A stretch of DNA of 64,000 bases from a phage. The stretch lies in sequence record NC_129898.1; one strand, written 5' to 3'. This document shows, piece after piece, positions 57,716 through 64,000 of the stretch; the stretch's first letter is position 1; every line of letters starts with the position of its first letter. A program made the translations under genes and the position numbers. The notes under the pieces are model-generated. The model had not been told where the DNA came from and did no database searches. It saw nothing but the letters and a program-made list of their open reading frames with translations.

Positions 57716-57778
57716 GCCTGGCGGGGCCGAAAAAGGCCCCTCCTGAAAATATGAAAAAATAAAGATAGGTGAATCATC

Positions 57779-58012
57779 ATGATGGAACAAATTAAACGCG
57801 CTGAGGCTATTAATGGTAATGTGATCTATTTTGTCAGCAAAAACGAAAAAGGCGTACCCTATGCGGCGGTAATAGTACAGCCTGACGGCGATTATTGGTG
57901 CACTGTGTACGGCGCTTATTCTTTTGGGCGTCCAGTGCATGATAAAATTTTGAAAGTAGCGAACCCTACCGGGAAAAATATCACAGCAGAAAAATTTTTT
58001 GAAAATAGTTGA
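57779..58012 (+). CDS. hypothetical protein
   Basis: 77-aa ORF. Confidence 0.5.
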   Translation: MMEQIKRAEAINGNVIYFVSKNEKGVPYAAVIVQPDGDYWCTVYGAYSFGRPVHDKILKVANPTGKNITAEKFFENS

Positions 58013-58076
58013 CAACAAACAACAATCTAACAAAGCATAATACATAAGGCGGCAATGATGCCGCCAACATGACAGA

Positions 58077-58340
58077 ATGAGAAACATCATTTACAGACTG
58101 ACAAAACGCAACATTATGATCGCCACCGTGATCGCTTGCCTTTTCGCTTTCGTGAGTAACGCAACGTTTAACGCCGTGGGCGGGGCGATGTTTAATGCTG
58201 GCAGCGTTTCAACAGCTAACACAATGATCGATTGTTTGCAACTTTTCTTTTATGTTGCCTTTCGTTTAAAAATAGCTTGCAAGGTAGACCGTTTTGATTT
58301 ACCTTTCATTTGTGGCGGCGTGATCGCTATCGTATGTTAA
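58077..58340 (+). CDS. hypothetical hydrophobic protein (start uncertain)
   Basis: 87 aa; preceded by a TTGACA promoter-like site and stem-loop ggcggcaatgatgccgcc; weak RBS. Confidence 0.35.
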   Translation: MRNIIYRLTKRNIMIATVIACLFAFVSNATFNAVGGAMFNAGSVSTANTMIDCLQLFFYVAFRLKIACKVDRFDLPFICGGVIAIVC

Positions 58341-58507
58341 GGATCAGAAGATGGGAAAACTCTCAATTCTGTTGTTTTATCAAAAACCTTGACAATATCA
58401 GAATGTACAGACGGTTAAAAATAATTGTTGACACCAGGCGCGGATCTGGTAAAGTGTACGACATAGGGCGGGGCAATAAGGCAACGCCCATTAATGATGG
58501 TGGAATC

Positions 58508-58612
58508 ATGTTAGAAAAAATTTTCACGGTTGTAGTAGTTGGCATGGCATTATCGGTTGGAGTGGTTGCAACTATGGCTAACATGATCCTATCTTCCCAC
58601 GGTATCGGGTAA
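58508..58612 (+). CDS. small membrane peptide (34 aa)
   Basis: Internal ATG of track ORF 58310-58612; the region upstream of it carries promoter-like sequence, so the longer ORF is unlikely. Confidence 0.3.
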   Translation: MLEKIFTVVVVGMALSVGVVATMANMILSSHGIG

Positions 58613-58613
58613 G

Positions 58614-58838
58614 GTGAAACAAATGATCACGAACAAAACAGGGAAAACGGAATTTTTACGCGGCTTGCAAATAGGCAAGCCTGAGATCTGGCATTGCACT
58701 AAAACACCACGTGACGAAATGAAAGACTTTACCGCCACGCTGAAGCGGGTAAAAATATCCATTACGCAGAAAAAAGCCTTGATAGTGGTGGAAGGTGAGA
58801 TCCCTCAAACCGTTGTTATTGTTGAGCGTACAGCATAG
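58614..58838 (+). CDS. hypothetical protein
   Basis: 74-aa ORF. Confidence 0.45.
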   Translation: MKQMITNKTGKTEFLRGLQIGKPEIWHCTKTPRDEMKDFTATLKRVKISITQKKALIVVEGEIPQTVVIVERTA

Positions 58839-58927
58839 TTTAATCTATACCGTACGCCCCATTGACTAACAAAGCATAAGCAGGCGGCGGTGACCGCCTT
58901 GAACGCAACAGAAAGAGAATAGAAAAC

Positions 58928-59062
58928 ATGAGAAAGATAATTATTACCATGGGGATCGTGGCGGCAATGTTGGCGATCTTTCCCTTTATGGTTAGGTATG
59001 TGCTGATCAGTGTTGTCCTGATAGGCAGTGATCTATTGGAAACGGTTGGCAACTGGTTTTAA
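58928..59062 (+). CDS. small membrane peptide (44 aa)
   Basis: Manual ORF, strongly hydrophobic; preceded by a promoter-like site and stem-loop ggcggcggtgaccgcc. Confidence 0.35.
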   Translation: MRKIIITMGIVAAMLAIFPFMVRYVLISVVLIGSDLLETVGNWF

Positions 59063-59117
59063 GATAATAAACAGGGCTTGAAATGGTCCTGTTTTTTGTT
59101 ATACTTATCTCACGGGT

Positions 59118-59160
59118 GGCACCTGGCGACGGGGGGAGACAATCACCGGGGGTGCCCGTT
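59118..59160. repeat. inverted copy of the 50731/50870 dyad repeat unit
   Basis: gggagacaatcaccgggggtgcccgtt is the exact reverse complement of 27 nt at 50731-50757; the extended match resembles the 50870 copy. Confidence 0.85.
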
Positions 59161-59182
59161 ATATAAAAAACTATAAAAACAG

Positions 59183-59211
59183 TTGACATCTGCCAGGTGG
59201 TTAGGTAACAT
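59183..59211 (+). promoter_or_regulatory. sigma70-like promoter (TTGACA-17-TAACAT)
   Basis: Followed by short stem-loop ggggcaaaagtgccc and RBS GAGAGGA before ATG 59266. Confidence 0.5.
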
Positions 59212-59265
59212 TTATCTTGAAGGGGCAAAAGTGCCCACACAACAACCGGAAGAGAGGAAAACATT

Positions 59266-59538
59266 ATGTCAAGCTGGATTAATCAAGAAATCGAATCACG
59301 TTTTAATGCTATTTGGGATCTCATCGAAAAAGAGGACGGAACATCAAGCCCTTATCTCAATAACCTGGAATTTCATTTTGTGGAAGCGATGAACGCAGAA
59401 CATGATCACGAAGGTGGCGCGGATGAGTTCGCTCAAGGGTATGGCTTCAACAATGCCAACGAAATGATTGAGGCGGTTGTACTTCAGGCTGAGGAAGATT
59501 ATCAATTAAAAACACTTGAATTTTGCCGCCGTAAGTAA
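59266..59538 (+). CDS. hypothetical acidic protein
   Basis: 90-aa ORF. Confidence 0.55.
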   Translation: MSSWINQEIESRFNAIWDLIEKEDGTSSPYLNNLEFHFVEAMNAEHDHEGGADEFAQGYGFNNANEMIEAVVLQAEEDYQLKTLEFCRRK

Positions 59539-59599
59539 TAAGATAATGACACTGGCCAAAAGGCCCACCAAACCAGAACCCCATAAAGAGGAAAACATC

Positions 59600-59863
59600 A
59601 TGAAACGCCTTGATCAGCTCAAACTAGTTCAGTACATGGCCTACAAAGTTATTGAAGTCCAAAAAGGTAGTAAAAAGGAGGTTTGCGAGAAAGCGTACAA
59701 GATCTTTACTCGTAAAAAAGATGATTGGATGTTGCGCCAGACCAAAAAGGCTGATATCCTGGGGTACCTGGAAGAAGAGATCCGGCTTGAAGAGCAAGAA
59801 GAGATCCGCCGAAGTGAGGCAGATTATCAGGCAGCTTGGGAAAGCTGGATGAGCAACAAATAG
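59600..59863 (+). CDS. hypothetical protein
   Basis: ATG 59600 after RBS AAAGAGGA (track begins at 59516). Confidence 0.5.
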   Translation: MKRLDQLKLVQYMAYKVIEVQKGSKKEVCEKAYKIFTRKKDDWMLRQTKKADILGYLEEEIRLEEQEEIRRSEADYQAAWESWMSNK

Positions 59864-59875
59864 TACAACATTATC

Positions 59876-59910
59876 AAGGGGCCTTAAGGCCCCTTTCTTT
59901 TTTGTTTTCT
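59876..59910. terminator. rho-independent terminator ending the plus-strand early block
   Basis: Hairpin aaggggcc-ttaa-ggcccctt followed by tcttttttgtttt. Confidence 0.7.
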
Positions 59911-60510
59911 CTTTTCCTACCATAAACGGCCCCGCCTGGCAAGTGGAATAATTAACGAGCCATCAATCCCGCACACTGTACAAATATACATGTAAAATAG
60001 TTATTGCATAACCTTTCATTGTGTGGTAGCGGTGCTATTTTTACCTGTTTTCTCTCCCAAAATTGCACGTAATGCAGCTATTGCACAAAATTTAACCTGA
60101 TGCACATCTTCAGTATACTGTCAACAATTAAAAACCCTTATAAGTCATACACTTACACAAACCAAAAAGCGCGTCCTACGTGAAAAATCGGGTGTAACTA
60201 TAGCCGACAGATCTCAGAATCCACGTACGATCACCATTCTATAGCCTGCAAAGTATTTATTCCAACCACAGAATAACGGAATAGTCAATACCTGTACAAA
60301 ATAATTATTCGTACAAACTGCATAACATAAACCTGCCCAGGTGTCAACATTTTTCGTAAACAGTTAGAAATTGTCACGATAGGTTACTATAATCAGAGAA
60401 ATATTTAGTCGTCTAATGTTTACTGTACATAACTATACTGACTGGAATCATTAGATGACTAAGAGAAAGATAAGAAATAGTTAACAATGTAATTGTTTTA
60501 CCTGTAACAA

Positions 60511-60707
60511 TAAGGCAACTATGCAAACGAATGGCATGGCGCGACGGAGTCGCGACATAATATAAAAGCAGTAACAATCACCCCCGTGATAGTTTGTCTG
60601 CAATCTATTAATCAGATCATAGTTGCCTTGTATTTAGTTAATCATGACATAACAAGCAAGGCAACTATAGATCTTCTAATAGTTGCCCTGCTTTTATATT
60701 ATGTCAT
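60511..60707. repeat. nested inverted repeats (18-bp gacataatataaaagcag pair; 12-bp atagttgccttg pair) in the non-coding region
   Basis: Perfect 18-bp inverted repeat at 60555-60572 and 60690-60707 encloses a 12-bp inverted repeat pair (60620 and 60656); related copies at 60513 and 60678. Confidence 0.8.
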
Positions 60708-60761
60708 AGAAACGCCCGAAGGGGTGACCTAGTCACCTGGCATAGCCAGCGAAATATTATT

Positions 60762-60824
60762 AACTTGTTAATTGTCAGCTTGTTGGCTGTTAGCTTGTCA
60801 ATTGTTAACTTGCTAATTGTTAAA
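60762..60824. repeat. four tandem copies of a 15-bp unit (agcttgtYaattgtt)
   Basis: acttgttaattgtc agcttgttggctgtt agcttgtcaattgtt aacttgctaattgtt read directly. Confidence 0.8.
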
Positions 60825-62459
60825 CTCGGGAGCATAGCCCTCGTCTCAAGGGTGTTATCATGCAAACGAATGTCATGGCTTATCATCTATGCGTAAACTG
60901 TCAGGGTGTAGACTATTCAGGCGTAAACAGTCTATGCGGGAACAATCTATACGTGAACAGTGAAATATGAAATAATAACAGTCGTTATTGTATCGAAAGT
61001 GTATAAGGTGTCAGATTATGGCATATTGTGTGACATTGTGTCAGACAAGTTTTTCTCCTCTTTGTCAAGTGCTGCATGGAAAATTTACAATCTGGTATGG
61101 TAGCATTTTTGCGGCCCTGTTTACATTCAGGAGTGTATGTATAACCCTTGTTGTGTGGGCGTTTAGACGTCTGGACGGTCAGAAGTCTGCAGGTTAATAT
61201 CTAATCTATTGGTCGCTAACTATATCCCCCACAAATAATAAGAAATGCAATTGTTATATGCGTAAACAGTAACTCATGTTATCAATCCCTGTATGTATCG
61301 CCAGTGGTGCGCATAATGGGTATTATGTTAAATTGCCCGTAATGATAACAGTTCTCACAATGATAGGTATTCTCATTCACCCCCACAAAATAGATTGCAA
61401 ATGTTGTGCCACTGTGTGAACGGCCTCGCCTATTAATTTGCCTCACTGCTCCGATATTTGAGAATTGTTATAAGAATGAGAAGTATTCCCATTTCGTCCG
61501 CCTGGCAGCGCTCCTGTAGGTCAGGTCAAAATCGTGGTAGAACTGGACCCCTTCAGATATTTCTAGCTGACTCTTCAGGCCTGTGTGGGAAAAGCCAACC
61601 TCTCCGGCGGGGCAGGGGGGTCAATTAAAAAATTTACGTAGGGTACGAAGCGCTCTTCAGGTAAGGCATGTATTAGAGGATGAAACCCTCTTCAGGTGAT
61701 GATATTTGTGGGTGTGATATTTGCTGGAAAGCCAGATATGACGGGACTACCGGCGGGGATGGGGTAGTATAGGCAGGGAAAATGTGGAGAATGTGGTTGG
61801 TAAATTTATCAGGCAGGTAGAGTATGGGATATGTTACAGGTATGTTAAATATGGAGGTAGGATATTTGTAAGATTTGTGTGTAAAATCAAAGACTTAAGT
61901 GGTGTTGTGGTATTTTCTATAAATAATTCAAGTTTAATAGGTAATATTTGTCTCTATCCACTTTGTGGGGTAAACAGATTCTAATTGAATTGGTTTACAA
62001 GTGTATATAAAGTATACAAATTAAAGATATAAGAAACCCCCCTCCCCCTTCGGCTACCATTCACCTTTTCCTCTGACTGGTACTTAAACACTTATTCAGA
62101 CTCTTCAGGTTATCACCCATATACTATATGGCAGTGACTGGTGTCCTCTGGCCCCTCTTTCGTCACCCGTCCGCTTCGCCATGCTAATGCCATAGCTAAA
62201 GGTTCGGTTGTTCACCCTGTTCACTCAGGTGTATCTCCATACCCCTTCAAACCGAAGAGAACAGAAAACCCGAATTACTCGGTAAAAGAAAAGAGAAGAA
62301 CTTAATTTTATCAGGATAGGCAAGAATGTCAAGGCATGACTGCTCACTAAACAAGCAAACAGTCATGTGTGGGAGGTAAGTGATTGTGGTGGTAGGAAAT
62401 TTAGTTGAAAGATGTGTTATAGGTGCTTCCAGCACTTTAGCCGGGCAGCTAATTGTGTG

Positions 62460-62675
62460 TCAGTCCAGCGGTTCATCCTCTACTTCACTGAAATCGATGT
62501 TCAGGGTCTCTTCCCAACCATCGATCTCAGCACAAGAGTGGAGTTCTTTAGGGTTTACTCCCAAAGCCTCAGCAACAGCGTCTATATTTAACACCTCTGG
62601 CAGGTATGATTCATCAAATTCAAGGTAAATCAGGCCACGAGTGTTGTCAGCTCCACCAAATATTTCTATCTTCAT
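62460..62675 (-). CDS. hypothetical acidic protein
   Basis: 71-aa ORF, first gene of a minus-strand block. Confidence 0.5.
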   Translation of the reverse strand: MKIEIFGGADNTRGLIYLEFDESYLPEVLNIDAVAEALGVNPKELHSCAEIDGWEETLNIDFSEVEDEPLD

Positions 62676-62795
62676 AAAATCTCCTCTGGAAATGAGAGTG
62701 TGAACAGGGTTATACGTTCCAATGCGCAGGAATTTATATACGTTTGCCTCTTCAGGCCATGCTTTAGCATGATAAACTTATGTGGGCTCGGTGCT

Positions 62796-63185
62796 TCATA
62801 GTCTGCCACCTCTGAACTCTTCGTGCTCAGGCAGGATAGATAACCAGATGTCTAAGATGTCTTCCCACGTCAGGTCATCAGCCTCAGGATCCACCTGAGA
62901 CGGAGATAAAGAATCCTCAGAATTGAAGTTTTCCTCTGTAGTCACTTCTTCAGATGACTCTTTAGGTGCATGTGTGTTGGTCATGTTCCACCCGTTAGTA
63001 TTCCGGCAACAGCTGCTATGGACGTAATGATCATCAGGATCACCACCAAAACCTCGGACAATGTTTTCATTGCGTATTCCATATTCTCCAAACGATGTGT
63101 GGATACTATCACAGGAGCTGTAATGTGTCAACAGAAACACCGCGAGGGTTTGGTTAAAATCCGAGCGTATGGTGATTTGGGTCAA
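62796..63185 (-). CDS. hypothetical protein
   Basis: 129-aa ORF. Confidence 0.5.
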   Translation of the reverse strand: MTQITIRSDFNQTLAVFLLTHYSSCDSIHTSFGEYGIRNENIVRGFGGDPDDHYVHSSCCRNTNGWNMTNTHAPKESSEEVTTEENFNSEDSLSPSQVDPEADDLTWEDILDIWLSILPEHEEFRGGRL

Positions 63186-63344
63186 AACGGACGTGCGTTC
63201 TCGCCACGCTCGAAATAGAGAGTTGTTTGCAGACCGCTCTTAAACGCTCTGTAGCGAGATTATTCATCTAAGGTATGCAATCGTGCACCAGATAAAGAAA
63301 AGGACGCCACAGAGCGTCCTAGGTGTCTTAAATTTGATATTTTG

Positions 63345-63656
63345 CTATACCCATGAGGGCTTATCAAGGTTGGAGTAGCTAAAAGGTGTCAAAAGGTGAC
63401 TGTCAAAATCTTTCAAACTATCCAAATCTTTTTCCTCGTCCTGACACCATCTGTGCCTACATTTATTGTTGTAGTGCATGGAATGCATAGCGTTCTGCAA
63501 TTTAACAGGCACAAGTGATTCAGGAGTAGATAGTATTGTAGGGTATGCCAGAACCACCTCAAACAGTGGAAACACATCGAAACTAAAGTCTACCTCTGCA
63601 GAGGTTGATGGCATATAGGAGTATTTAGCCGCCTTTGTAGACATAATCCACCTCAC
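63345..63656 (-). CDS. hypothetical protein
   Basis: 103-aa ORF. Confidence 0.5.
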   Translation of the reverse strand: MRWIMSTKAAKYSYMPSTSAEVDFSFDVFPLFEVVLAYPTILSTPESLVPVKLQNAMHSMHYNNKCRHRWCQDEEKDLDSLKDFDSHLLTPFSYSNLDKPSWV

Positions 63657-63979
63657 ACAGGTTTGATAATACCTTTACCGAATAACTCTTCGTATCTAAT
63701 CTTATCCGGATCCCACTCCTGGATAATTTCGAAGACAATATCTAACCCAGGGATAATCACTTCTCCAGTGTCAAGTTTGGCAAGAACAAAACCAGAAGGC
63801 TGAATGGTTTCCCAGTTGCGACGATTGGAATAGAAGACCTCAAAAATATCACCGACCTCGATCTGTTGATCAAGATGTTCAAGATTCTCTTTCATACGGA
63901 CGCAGCGGATTTTTCGTGCAGGCCATAGACCACCTGCATCACGTTCATTCAACTCTTTTACAGTGATCGGTATACCCAT
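63653..63979 (-). CDS. hypothetical protein
   Basis: 108 aa; RBS AAGGAGA upstream on the minus strand; ATGA overlap with the downstream ORF. Confidence 0.55.
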   Translation of the reverse strand: MGIPITVKELNERDAGGLWPARKIRCVRMKENLEHLDQQIEVGDIFEVFYSNRRNWETIQPSGFVLAKLDTGEVIIPGLDIVFEIIQEWDPDKIRYEELFGKGIIKPV

Positions 63980-64000
63980 CTCAAATCTCCTTCATAGATA

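Noticed and set aside
60762-60824. Possible CRISPR array suggested by tandem repeats
   Set aside because: Units are only about 15 bp, directly adjacent with no unique spacers, and no cas genes are present.
60704-60886. Minus-strand 60-aa ORF in the non-coding region
   Set aside because: Its sequence (KLTIDKLTANKLTINKL) is a direct translation of the 15-bp tandem DNA repeats; a repeat artefact, not a gene.
60988-61984. Plus-strand ORFs 60988-61197 and 61784-61984 in the non-coding region
   Set aside because: No convincing RBS, Cys- or Gly-biased composition driven by local repeats; kept as unannotated pending expression data.
59906-62459. tRNA genes in the large non-coding regions
   Set aside because: Scanned for T-loop (GTTCGAATC-like) and D-loop signatures with acceptor-stem pairing; none found. 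A covariance-model scan would be needed for certainty.
1-64000. Prophage or integrative element signature (integrase, att sites, repressor)
   Set aside because: No tyrosine or serine recombinase motif and no lysogeny module seen; gene content matches a virulent phage.

Overview
This window reads as a 64-kb stretch of a large virulent tailed dsDNA phage genome; no integrase, tRNA or CRISPR array was found by eye. Layout: (1) 1-15.7 kb, plus-strand structural module with two paralogous tail-fibre genes, a Caudo_TAP-type tail fibre assembly chaperone, a 581-aa fibre-like protein and a 1878-aa Big_2-domain protein; (2) 15.7-22.5 kb, minus-strand block with a HAD phosphatase, a vWA/metallopeptidase protein and a tandem HNH-like protein; (3) 22.6-50 kb, plus-strand early/replication module with a MoxR AAA+ ATPase, SleB-type wall hydrolase, GHKL ATPase (rIIA-like) and partner, Dda/PIF1-like helicase, two DNA methyltransferase-like genes, Toprim-DnaB primase-helicase, a family A DNA polymerase split by a group I intron, a tandem family of small paralogous proteins, an SSB-tip-motif protein, two HNH-type endonuclease genes and a macro-domain protein; (4) 50-60 kb, a hyperplastic region of about 25 very small genes, most with their own sigma70-like promoter and many with a 5'UTR stem-loop, bracketed by inverted repeats; (5) 59.9-62.5 kb, a 2.5-kb repeat-rich non-coding region between convergent transcription units; (6) 62.5-64 kb, minus-strand small genes. 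All functional calls rest on motif recognition by eye; no database search or folding was run. The strongest candidate for something new is the repeat-bracketed cassette region and the adjacent non-coding repeat block; the most secure single observation is the intron in the polymerase gene.
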